DNA of 64,000 nucleotides, taken from the NCBI RefSeq assembly GCF_000315625.1, contig NW_005434664.1:613497-677496 (forward strand), given 5' to 3'. Position 1 is the stretch's first letter. The number at the start of each line of letters is the position of its first letter. This stretch comes from Guillardia theta CCMP2712. Its lineage: Eukaryota > Protista > Cryptophyta. A model generated the notes under the pieces. The model saw only the letters and a list, made by a program, of their open reading frames with translations, did no database searches and had not been told where the DNA came from. Shown here piece after piece: positions 11,778-23,034 of this stretch. The position numbers and the translations under genes are program-made.

Positions 11778-14700
11778 ATGCCTCATCACCTCGCAAGTCG
11801 AGTTGCTTTCCTCCTGTTTGCTCTGCTAGTGCATCCAAGGCCGTGCTCCCCGACGCTGCGAAAGAAGTTTGAGGTTCTGCGTCTCAACGGAGGAGTTCAG
11901 TACTATGAGGGGATGAGGGACGAGAGGGGAAGGTCCAAGAGCAACCCAGGAAAGCTCAAGTTTATGAATGCGACTATGATCAACGAGGAGTGTCGGCGAT
12001 GGTTGGAGGCCGAGTACGCGGCCAGGCGACATGCCAACTTCGAGAGGAATCGGCAAGAATGCACCCCTCGAAGCAAGTCTGCGCCCCATGAGATGCAATT
12101 CTCTGCCTCTTCTTGTCCGATCCCCACGGGATCTGATTTCAACACGAACCTCTCTCTCTTTCAATCTCGCATCTGGTCGACTGGGCAACCCGCCATCTCC
12201 GGCCAACAGCTCAACTGGAGTGAGGTCACTAGCAAGTCAACAGTTCGCTCAAGCTCCTCCGAGGAATGGCTTAACCATCGGCTGCGTGGAGGTAAGCCCG
12301 AATCGAAGAGTTCGGTCAGGAAGAATGAGAGAACGTTCGTCCACAACATGGGGTCCCCCCTCGGGGCAACAAGCCCGGGAGAGGAAGGCGGAGCTGCAGC
12401 GCAGGTGGAAGCAGCGCTCAAGATGTTGGAGACGTGTGACAGCTCGAGGTCTGACATGACAAGTCGAGAGGGGATCGCACAGCTGCAAGCCTTGAGTGAG
12501 CAAGGGAATGGTCGCGCAGCCTTTAATTTAGCGCAAATTTACGAGAGGGGCAATTATGGCATGACAGCCGACGCTTCAAAGAGCTTGGAGCTCTTGCAGA
12601 ATTCGGCCTTGCATGGTTATCCACCTGCGATGTACCATATAGGGATCCGGTGCCTCTCGGGAAAGGGAGTCGCTCGAAATGAGACCATGGCGATCGGATG
12701 GTGGTATGTACACTGACGAACTCTAGACTGCTTGTTCATTCTCATACTGTTTTGTCGTGTTCATCAGGCGCAAGGCATCGAGACTTGGCCATGAAAAGTC
12801 GCAGATGAGGCTCGGGGTGTACCTGCTGGATCGGGGGCAGAGGACAACTGATCCTCAAGGAGCTGCGATGGTCAAGGAAGCCGTTGCGTTGCTAAACACG
12901 GCGAGCTCCCAAGGCCTTCCAGACGCAAAGTATGTCCTTGGAGCATACCTTCTAGCCGTATCAAAGGGGTCCTCTGAACGAAAGGAGGCGCTCGCGTTGA
13001 TCCAAGCCGCGGCTGATGTAACAGTTTGTGACTCAGTGGAACATTGGTGTTCACTCTGCTTCAGGTCGGGCATGTACTTAGCTCAGCGGTCATGGGTAGA
13101 ATTCTACTGAAAGGTGATCCGAGCATCAAAAGTGACGAGGTAAAAGTTATCAAGGGCCGTCTCATGGCTGCACTCTCAACCTTTCCTGGCAGATCAAAGC
13201 TGCGAAATATATAGAGAAGGCTGCACTTGGCGGTGACGCGGACTCGCAGTATCTTTATGGATGTCTGTTCATGGATGGTTTTCGAAGAGAAGTGGAAGAG
13301 TCGACGTCGACTGGATCGAAGCAACATGATTCTGTACGAAGGAGGCAAGTATGTGCTAGTGACCTAATCACTTCATCACAGAGCCCTGTTGGAAAGCTTG
13401 TTGAAGAAAGGGATCCAATAGTAGCCTTCGAATGGTTCAAGAAAGCTGCAGAGAGTGGTCTTGACTTGTTCCTTTGAATCAATACTATTTGACACTTGAC
13501 ACCAAGGATCGGCTGAAGCTCAATACAAAGTTGCGATGAGGCAGCTGCAGAAGTTTCGAGACAGTGACTTTCAGAGGACTGAGAAGGCGGTAGAAGCAGA
13601 TGGGATTGTTGTGACGATGTCTGAGAGTGAGGGGAGCAGGAAGCTTTGGATTTGCTCAAGAAAGCAGCGCAGGCTGGGCACATGGAGGCAGCATGGCAAA
13701 TGGCCCATCAGCTAATGAGCCTGGCAAGAACTCTCAGGGTTAAGGTTTCTCGCAAAATTGTTGCAGAAGCTGGTCAATGGCTGGAGGTTTGCTGGAGATG
13801 TTCGATATCTCTTGTAACACGCAAGTGTAGGAAGCAGCACATGGTGGCCATGCCAAGGCGCAGGTTTGTAAGCATCTCAAGGAGGCGGTGCTTGCTCACG
13901 AGCGCCTAGCTCCTCTTGGGCCAGAGCATGCGAGATGGAAGGTTTGGCTTCGCCGAGAGCACGAATAGAAGCATAGCAACAGAGTGGTTGAAGCGGTGAG
14001 CTGCAGCGATGTTGTGTATTCAATGTTGACGCCCGTGTGAACAGAGCTGCAGAGGCTGGTGAATTAGAAGCACAGGTGGAGTACGCTCTTGCTCTCGTTC
14101 GTGGCGATGGCGTGAAGCAAGACGAGTCCTCAGCAAGGGAATGGTTGTCATTAGCTGCTGCTGCAGGCAACATGCGAGCAAGATACGAGCTTGCAAAGCA
14201 CCTCCTTGCCAACGTCGGAGAACGAAATTCCTTGTATGAGGACATAGCCAACCCATCCAAGAAAGCTGTCGATCTCTTGAGGGATTGTGTGCAACATGGT
14301 TATCTCGACGCCATGTATGAGGTGTAGCCACAAAGCAAGCTGACCCAGACTCTCACTCTTGTCGCAGTTGTGCAGATTGTTTCGAGCTGGAAACTGGATG
14401 ATAAAGTCCAATCGCACCGAAGCCATTCACCTCTACAGGTCGCTGCTAGAGAAGCGCGAGGTTGTTTGAGCTAAGCTCTACTTGTGCCCTCATACCCTTG
14501 GCAGGATCCTGAAATTGCCATGGAATTTGCCACATTGCTCCTCGAAAACAAGTACAGGGACATTCAGTCTCATGGACGAGAAAGGGCCTTCGTGGACGAA
14601 GTCCGCGAGGGCCTCAAGTGGCTGAGATTCGCATTCAGCAACGACGTCGAAGGAGCAGAGAAGTCCCTGCGGGACGCGCAGCTGCAGTTCTCTCGCTTCC

Positions 14701-16649
14701 TCAACATGCAAGAGATGGCTGGCGAGTTGGGTGCGGGGCTCGAGCACCTCAACATCTCTTACCCTGCTCACCTTGGGACCGGGAGGCTCCGGATCACGCT
14801 GGTCCGACCTCGTAACCTGCCTAAGTGTGCGGCAGGGCAAGGCAAGGTTCCGAGCAAGCCGAAGCAGACGCATGTCTACGTCACCTTGGAGTCAGAGCGA
14901 CACGCCACCGCAGCTGACAGCGAGGAGGAGGAGGAGGGGGTGCAGGAGGTGGACAACTTCGAGAAGAGCTGGGATGGAGAGCTGGGTGTGAGGTGGACGA
15001 AAGTCTATCACTCCTCTCGATTTAGGCACTTGAAACTGACGGGAGGGCACGGGATGCGAGAGGCTCCGATCTCCACCCTTGAGGTCCAGACGAGGAAGGT
15101 GGGACGGACCAGCAAGGTAGTCAGCTCGCTGTCCTCTCCCCATCTCAAGGCTCGCAGGTTTGGAACGATACGTTTGCATGCTACCTCAATGGTTCTAAGA
15201 ACGCATTCCACCGCCCTATGGTGGGAACTCTACATGTGGAGGTGGAAGGAAGACGAGAATTCGTATCAGAGGTCAGTCTTCTGCTCCTCTCCTCCCTNNN
15301 NNNNNNNNNNNNNNNNNNNNNNNNNNNNNNNNNNNNNNNNNNNNNNNNNNNNNNNNNNNNNNNNNNNNNNNNNNNNNNNNNNNNNNNNNNNNNNNNNGAT
15401 GTTCATTACTGTGCCTTCTTCGCAGTCGCACATAGAGTTGGCGCTGAGGCGCGAAGAGGTCTCACTCGGCATGCTGGTGAACCTGAGCTGATGGTCGTGC
15501 AGGCGAAATTCCGCAAGGAGTTCAACGCCAAGGTTCTGATCTCGACGGATCAAGTAGTGGTGGACCATGAAGGAACGACGGTAAGACGTCGGCTCCTCCT
15601 GCTGCCGTGTGGTTGAGCATGAGGACTGGCAGTTGCCCTGGAGCATCCTTCAGAAGGTCCCGAACCTCAACAGGATCTACGAGCCGATCGTGGCGAAGCA
15701 TCGAGACACCAAGTTCTTGAATGAGTTCCAGGGAGACTTCGACACGGTCTCTTTCTCGCACGGTCCTCTATCTTCTGATTCCTCCCTCTTGCTCTCAGAT
15801 CCTTGACTTCGACCCCTGGACGGAACGATGCAAGAACGGCGACTGGAAGGTACCAGGAAGGAACAGGTTGCCGAGCACATGCGCGGTTGCTCGTGACTTG
15901 ATGATGGTGGGTGCAGAGAATTCTATGACTGGCACGGGCCATGGTACGAGTGGCTGAGAAAGTGAGCAGGAGCCATATCGAGGCACTTGCTGACTGGCCC
16001 GCAGGTACACCAAGGGCTTGTTGACGAGGAAAGACGTTCCCGCGGGGTGAGCGATGACTGTGTGAGGCAGCGAAGAGTCACAGGCTGACAGGTCCCTTCC
16101 TCCGTACATGAAGAAGACCGAGATAAGAAGGCAGATCCGAAAGTTGGCGTGGGAGAAGGTCAAGACGATCCATGTTGCGAGAGGTGACATCTCTTCCTTC
16201 ATCTCCTCTTCCTTCGCCTCCTTCGCCTCCTCCTTCACCCCCCCCCTTCTCCTCCTTTCCCTCTCCTCCTCCTCCTCTTCCTTTGCGTGCTCCTCTACAT
16301 GCTCCTCCTGCTCTACCTGCGACTTCTCCCTGGCTCCATCTCAATCCTGCTCCTCGCAGAGAAGCGCCGCTTGAAGAAAAAGCTTCAGCAAGCTCAGTCC
16401 AAAGACACCAAGACGAGCTCCGGGAGACCTCGCCGAGAGGTGAGCAGCTCGTGAACGTGTGAGGTTATGATGAGAGTGAAGCAGGGGAGGCGGGGGGATC
16501 TCTCCTCGTCCATGGAGGAGTACTCTCAGGAGGAGACGCAGCCAAGAGTCGTCAGGCCTCAGCCTTCCGATCCGACCAGCGAGCCTCCCAAGATGTCCAA
16601 GTTGTGCAGCAAGAGCTCGTTCCTTCAGAGCCTGTTAAGAGCCAACTGA
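11778..16649 (+). CDS. Signal-peptide Sel1-like repeat protein with C2-like domain, multi-exon, spans the assembly gap (may be two genes)
   Basis: Multiple Sel1 repeats (AAFNLAQIYERG...ALHGYPPAMYHIG...GKGVARNETMAIGW; AFEWFKKAAESG; AAEAGELEAQVEY...GDGVKQDESSAREW). C2-like segments GRLRITLVRPRNLP...VQTRKVGRTSK...WNDTF. Spliced exons continue after the N gap to ...QSLLRAN* at 16649. Confidence 0.72.
15298..15397. other. Assembly gap (100 N)
   Basis: Run of N characters. Confidence 0.99.
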
Positions 16650-16872
16650 GCCGTGTCGTCTGTGAGAGTGAAAGATGACATGTCTTGAAAACTAGCCAGC
16701 TATTTCCCAAGTTCCGTTTGACGGGAGTCAATAATGAAACGGTCCAGCCCTTCAAAATATTAGTTAAGTATGTTTCCATTGAGCCCGCCCCCGATGATCA
16801 CACAGGAGATTTTTGCAATCCAGTGTTTCGACATTAAGTGGTGGTTTGCTGTCCTCGAGGAGTTCGAGCTCA

Positions 16873-17919
16873 ATGCTCGCGAGAATGGCGCATGCGGCCT
16901 TGAGGGCGACGGGAGCGGGAAGAGAAGGGATGATGAGAGAGATGAAGCAGACGAGAGGAAGAAGCTGGTTGCTCTCGTCCTGCTCCTCCTGCTCCTTTTC
17001 CTCGGCCTCTCCTCTTCACCTTCACAGTGAGCGAAGAAGCTTCCATGCGACGCCTTGTGCTGCGAGAAAGAAAGGGTTCTTCTATGAGCTTGGACTGCTC
17101 TTCAGTAAGAAGAAGAGGGACGAGAGAGGCAAGGCACTTGATGAGGAGGTAAACATGGGGCGCTTCCCCGAGATGAACGAGCTGCATCGGACAGGAGGGA
17201 AACTTTTCGATGCTGACGACAACTTAGTCCCGGCATCAGACTCAATTATCTTCCCCGACGTGAAGTGCTTCACGGCTGATGGCAAGGAGCACGACCTCGT
17301 GCAGATCTTGAGAGGGAAGGTGACGTGTGTCACTGTCTTCATGCGAGACTTTGCGAGACCGATGCTCAAGTCGTGGGAAGAGCACATAGACGAAGTGAAG
17401 CAGGAGTACCCTCAGTTGCAGGTACGCGAGATCAGGACCAGCTCCTCGAGAGCTGTCGACAGGTCTGAGTGCCATGGCAGGTGGTTCAGCTCTCGTTTGT
17501 GGAGGGGGTGGCCTACCGGCTGATCAAGGGCTGGATGATCTCATCTATGAAGAAGAGGATCCAACCGGACAAGCATGATCGGATCCACATGTGTTTCGGT
17601 TCTAGCGATGAATTCAGGAAGGCGCTCCACGTGAAGAACAGGCTGGTAGACGTTTCATGACGACTGTGTTGCTCCTTCACCCTTTGGTGTCTTGACAGGT
17701 AGCATACATCTTCCTCGTGGACAGCCAAGGAAGGATGCGTTGGCAGTAACTCTAACCTGTCTCCCTCTCATGTGCCTCACATGGTGACAGAGCAGTCGGC
17801 TACCCGCTTCCACACGAGGCTCGCTTCATGAGGAAATCTGTCGGCAAGGTGGGAGGTGTGAGAGCGACTGAGAGACGCTAATGCAGTCGCAGCTGATGGA
17901 GGTTCGAAGCCGGAAATGA
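16873..17919 (+). CDS. ATP10: Mitochondrial ATP synthase assembly factor ATP10, multi-exon
   Basis: Arg-rich mitochondrial presequence (MLARMAHAALRA...RRSFHAT), GGKLFDADDNLVPASDSIIFP, GKVTCVTVF...PMLKSW, FRKALHVKNRL/VAYIFLVDSQGRMRWQ/AVG. Ends LMEVRSRK*. Confidence 0.85.
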
Positions 17920-17983
17920 CAAGGGCAGAGGGGAGAAGCGCGCGATTGTTTCATTATCCTCCAGCAAGACGTGAGATCGTCGC

Positions 17984-20455
17984 TCACTGCTTGTACAACT
18001 CGAACTTTGAGTTGAGCTGCTTCGTGATCTCACGGCACAAGAGATGCCATTCCAGCCCGTAGAGCTCTGAGAGCAAGTCAATGATGGGCAGCACATGGCA
18101 GCGACTTGCCGATGGAGTTTTTGTCTTGGTGGTAAATCCTGATGGTCTTGAGTAGAGTCTTCCTCATCATGGCGTCCGAGAAGTCACTCGGGATCTGGAG
18201 CAGCAAGGGATGAGTTGTGGCAGGCAACGGCTTGTTGGTCCTCACCTCGTTGGGATTGTTCCGTGGGGGATGATACTTGAAGACATGCTGCAGGAGAGCT
18301 TGTGCCGACTTCTTAGAAGCAGCCTGATGAGCAGAACATCAGAGAGTGAGAGAGAGTGGGAGGGCAGGAGGCGACTTTGATCTTGTCTAGCTGAGGCTCC
18401 AGATCCTGAAAGGGTCTGTGAGAGGAGAAACCAGTGGGATGGAACATGCCTTCATCACGGGGCCGCTCAAGTTGGCTGCTCGCATCGCCTCCTCCTCTGG
18501 GACCAAGGTGAGGAAGGAAGCGACGAGAACATGAAGGTCACCTTCCATGCGCTGGCGAGCCCGTTCAGCAGCACGCCTGTTGCCATCGCTAAGAGAGATG
18601 TCATCGAACAGGCAGAAGATTCACTTCTCTGCTGCTTCCTCCTGCTCTCTTTTCGCACGAGCTTGCTCGTCTTCAGGTCCATGCGCTTGCTGCTTTGCTT
18701 GCTGTGGAGCATTTCCTCGAGCCTGGAAGAAACCGAAGTAGTTCTTGTTGCCCTCAGCCTTCTCCTTCTCCTGCTTGTCGTTGGAGCCGGAGGCCTTGAG
18801 AAAGTTCACGACAGTGAGTTTCACATATCAGACCTTCGCAATCAGTTACACTACCGTGTCGGGCGCATCACAAGGCCTGTCGTCTTTCCACTTTCCTTTG
18901 TAGACTTTGCCTGCCGAAAGAACTTTCAGGTCCCATCTCACTTCTCTTGCAATGCCTGCCTTGGTTGGACGTGTACGTTCCTTGTCCGTGTTTCTTGCCT
19001 TCTACCCACTCTCCTTCGTAACGTGCACCGTTTGAAGCTTTGAAGATGCCGTAACCGTGTTTCAACCTGTCAAATCCCATGTGACGAATGCTTCAGCATC
19101 CTCGTCGTTCTCACCCATTCTTGGTCTCTCCTTCGTAATAATCTCCATTCGTGTACTTGTAGGTGCCCTTCCCATGCTTCTTGTCGTTCTGATGTGCAAC
19201 ACTCACCACCATGAACATGATCGCGTTCGCTCAATTGAGTACCTTCCATTCGCCATCATAAGAACTGCCATCGGGCCTGACATGCTTTCCACGCCTGAAG
19301 GAAACCGCAGTTTCATTCAATCAAAAACCGCAATACAGGCAGGAAGCAATCAGAACGCGCTAACCCCTCTTTCTTGTTGTTCCTCCATTCGCCATCATAC
19401 ACGTGCCCATCACTGGAGGTCAAAAGTCACCCGACAGGCTGTTGCTGTGCAAAAGCACCTGCTCGACGACTTTCCGCGTCCATGCTTCACGCCATTCATC
19501 CACTCTCCCTGATAGACACCACCGCCATCCTGCAAGAAAAGGACACCAAGAGCATCAAATATCCTACATAACACTCCGAGCTACTCACTGCAGATTTGAA
19601 CGTTCCTTTGCCGTGCTGTTTGCCATCCTTCCATTCACCCTCATATACTCTTCCATCCGCGCATTTCAAACACCAAATCCACATTGAACACCTTCTTTCC
19701 ACTGCAAAATAATCAGCAGGCTGCAGACCACCCAGCGGGTTTACCGTCCCAACAAACGTATCCCCACTCTTGTATATGAGCTTTCCATTGCCGTGCTTCT
19801 GGTCATTCTGATATTCGCCCTCGTAAACAGAGCCATCCTTGCGCGTGTATCGCCCAGTCCCATGCTTCTTACCGAAGTGAAAGTCTCCGACATAGTGATC
19901 GCCGTTGTCGTACATGTAAGAGATGTTGATTCCATGCAGCTGATTCCTAGAAGTTGGTCCCTTGTGAGCGTTGGGTTGGGACCCGTGGGCTTGACTCGCC
20001 GATTCATTCTCTTTGTCGTTGACATTGCCACGTGCAGCTCGAGCAGCTTCCGCCTTGTCTTGAAGCGTTTGAATCTTTGTCTTGAGAAAGCTCACCCAAG
20101 CCCCGGCTTCTTGAGTCGTACTGGCCTTGAAGCTGAAGAAAATGTTTGCATCATCTTTCCTCCTCAACGTGAACTTTTCGCCTTTTAGATCCTTTGCATT
20201 TTCACTCAGCACCCAGTCGACCAAAGAAAGAATCTGACCATCATCTGCAACTGCGATCTTCTCCTGGGCTTTGCTCCCTTGGTTTGCCCGGAAGACTACC
20301 ACCTCAGCTTGCCGCATATACATTACACCATGGGACACCCAGCACATGAGTTTCTCCTTCCATGCGCTTTCAAACATGTTTCTGCTCTCACTCTTCTTCA
20401 GCAGCAAGCCATGGCATTCGCTGGTGAGCCACGGCTCTGCTGTACTGGAGGCCAT
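17984..20455 (-). CDS. PH-domain plus MORN-repeat protein with degenerate C-terminal J-like domain, multi-exon
   Basis: N-terminal PH (GLLLKK...AWKEK...[19 protein letters not shown]), many MORN repeats ([32 protein letters not shown]), and C-terminus [45 protein letters not shown]. Confidence 0.85.
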
Positions 20456-20689
20456 CCAGAGGTAATATTCTCACGCCCAACCTGATCGACCTGTGGGTCG
20501 CACAAACAAGTGGAGGAGAAGAAAGGTCTCAGGGCCCCCCAGGTGTTCTCACTCTCTTGTAACAACCAGCTCTCTTCTCCATGCGCTCCCCGAGCTTCTG
20601 CCTCTCCTTTCTAGCCAGCGAAAGTCTCCCTTACCATGCCATCACGCCACTGCTCCGACACCGAAAGCCACCCTAAAGGGAGCGACGGG

Positions 20690-20830
20690 GGTGTTGCAGT
20701 AGGGGGGTGGGTTCTAGTTCTATAGACCCGGTGTATTTTAAATAAAATTACATATCTGAGTAGGGGTACTATCAAGAACGGGGGGTATCATGGGTCATGC
20801 ATTAATTATTTTCGAGGGTGGGGTAGTTTT
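20690..20830. promoter_or_regulatory. GGGGTA-rich patch with TA-rich core between divergent genes
   Basis: taggggggtggg, agtaggggtac, ggggggtatc and gggtggggtag flank tatttttaaataaaatt. Confidence 0.4.
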
Positions 20831-20917
20831 GAAAATGAGAGCACTGTGCCTCGTCCCCGCACTTGCCCCATATCTGCTGAAACTCATCCCCCCCCTATCC
20901 GCGGACAGCGAAGAGCC

Positions 20918-21907
20918 ATGGCCCGGGGTCGACTGTCATGGCAGGGAGGGTTGGGCGCCGCGGCGTTGGGTGTTGGGTGCGCATGCTTGCTGATGATGAT
21001 ATCTTTGAGAGGGATCACGCCGGGAGTCCGGCTGCAATGCACTTCTGCTCTTGATTGTGCGAGCAAGCGGTATTTCAGATTGCAGGCCAGATCGAGGAAA
21101 GCAAGAAGAGCTGCGCTAGTCATGAACCGGCAGGTTCACTTGGGCGTCTTAGGGAGATCAGCTGACATTGCTGAAAACATTGGAGGGTCTTTGGCTGCTG
21201 TAGGTTCGATGAGGAGAAAAACTCCCAAGCTGATGCAATCTCCATTCGTCAAGACGCTGGGACCTGGCCCCGAGTCCCCAGAGAACAATACAAAGACTGC
21301 GCCACTTGAAGCTAGCTTCACACGCGGCAAGGACTTGAATTCTATCTTTCATCGTTCACTGTGGAAGCACAACGATGAAAGTAAGACGCACCCTTTCCTT
21401 GTGTGGACTGCTGATAATCTGAAAACCGTCGAATCGGATTACGACGATGACAACAAACTTATTATGAATGGTGTTAACGTTGACGGCAGTGACATGTTCA
21501 ACAAAGTTATTCCTCTCCCTGCAATGAGAGGGGAGAGAATCGCTCACTTGACCAATGCCAGTGACGCTCAAACGGAGGAGGCCAAAAGCTGGAACAAACT
21601 TGCATCTGTTGGAGTGAACGTTTACGGTTCGCTCTTCTCAGACCCAGTTGCTAAAGGAAGCCACTCGGACGGCCTGTCTGATCAAGAGGAGTCGAATGAT
21701 CCTTGCAACGAGGCCTACGTCGATTCTGTCTCGGGGATGCAAAATGAGTACAATTACTGGGACGACGATCATGTCAAGGACCCGTCAGATGTTGCTCCCT
21801 TGGAGCGTGCAAGAGTAACCGTATCCAACAAGAACTGGCAAAAGGCCGTTCCAAATCCTGCATGGCAGCCTTATGCCAAGCTCTCCCGCTCAGGGTGTAA
21901 AAAGTAG
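20918..21907 (+). CDS. Intronless orphan protein with N-terminal signal anchor and internal NKLxxxGVNVxG repeats
   Basis: About 330-aa open frame from the ATG at 20918, hydrophobic GGLGAAALGVGCACLLMMISL, and an acidic C-terminal half. No recognised family. Confidence 0.7.
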   Translation: MARGRLSWQGGLGAAALGVGCACLLMMISLRGITPGVRLQCTSALDCASKRYFRLQARSRKARRAALVMNRQVHLGVLGRSADIAENIGGSLAAVGSMRRKTPKLMQSPFVKTLGPGPESPENNTKTAPLEASFTRGKDLNSIFHRSLWKHNDESKTHPFLVWTADNLKTVESDYDDDNKLIMNGVNVDGSDMFNKVIPLPAMRGERIAHLTNASDAQTEEAKSWNKLASVGVNVYGSLFSDPVAKGSHSDGLSDQEESNDPCNEAYVDSVSGMQNEYNYWDDDHVKDPSDVAPLERARVTVSNKNWQKAVPNPAWQPYAKLSRSGCKK

Positions 21908-21967
21908 TTTGTGTTAACCCAATTAAACCTTTTGAGTGTTTATCTCGATCTTCAGTTCTTGAACGTC

Positions 21968-22700
21968 TCACTTATTCTTGATGAGTTTCACTGGCAGTGA
22001 GCTCTGTGCCATAACGTTGTGAGGTTCGTTCGAGCTCGATGTTGAGCGTTCGGCTCCAACAGTTTTGGCTCGTTTGAGTTGCAGTTCTCCAAGCTTCTCC
22101 CAGTTCCAACATTCGGGATCATTGATGTCCCTTTGAGCATCATTCGGGTCGTGCTTCACCAGTCTTACCACCTGACACATTCGATTCAGGCAGGAGCACA
22201 AACGACAGAAGCCTGGTATATCAGATACCTTCCGACCATGCCCTGGCAGAGGCAGGGCTTTCACACCGCTGGATGAAGAATCAGGTTGTGAATGGGAATG
22301 GAATATTCAGAGCTGAGCAAACCTTGAGACTCCAGATGAGAACGACTCGGGCACTTTTGCTATTGAGTTGAAACAATCTTGCACCTGCACACTGAATCAT
22401 TGTTTGCATTGAATGAAAGATCAAAGGGAACAAAGCGCAAAAGGTATCTTGCAGACACTCCATTATAGGAACACAACACACCGTCTCAATGCATGACACA
22501 GCTTGAAGTGAAATGCTTTGGATGGACGCTTCCAAATCTTGTCTTATCATTTCTGCTACTCCTCGATTCGGTGTACTTGTTGGATCATCACTGACTTTCC
22601 GCATCGCTGCAGTCTGCGCAGACAGAACGTTGAAGCAGATAGCCTTAGTGCGATGATAGCCAAGAACGCTAGTGCTACGTTTGAACCGTGACAAGCAGGG
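21968..22700 (-). CDS. Hypothetical protein, multi-exon
   Basis: Consecutive minus-strand ORFs (22281-22694 and 21968-22264) with plausible GT-AG short introns. No recognised motif. Confidence 0.35.
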
Positions 22701-22774
22701 GCAGGATAGAAGGATCAGATTGGTTCAGAGACGAGCAGCAGCGGGCGGAGGAGCAAGGAGGGAGGCAGTGGGCC

Positions 22775-23015
22775 CTCAGGGCTGTAAGGCAGGAGGGAGC
22801 AGAACCACTGAGTAGGGCCTCTGAAGCGGCAGACCGATACTAGTACAGGCCCTTCCGACAGTCATCACTCGGGTCGGACCCTCAGCCCCGCCGGCCCCCG
22901 GCCCGTGGGACGGCCCGGCCCGTGCCTGAGTGCCGGGCCGCAACGGTGGGAGCCTCGGACCCCCGGCGGCCCACTGGCTGCCGCAGTGCCGTGTTGGACA
23001 GGCTGCCACCGGCGC
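22775..23015. promoter_or_regulatory. GC-rich CCGG/GGCC/CTCAG patch
   Basis: gccggcccccggcccgtgggacggcccggcccgtgcctgagtgccgggccg. Same vocabulary as 1-400, and it lies 5' of the minus-strand gene at 21968-22700. Confidence 0.4.
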
Positions 23016-23034
23016 GTTTTTCCATCGTTTTATT

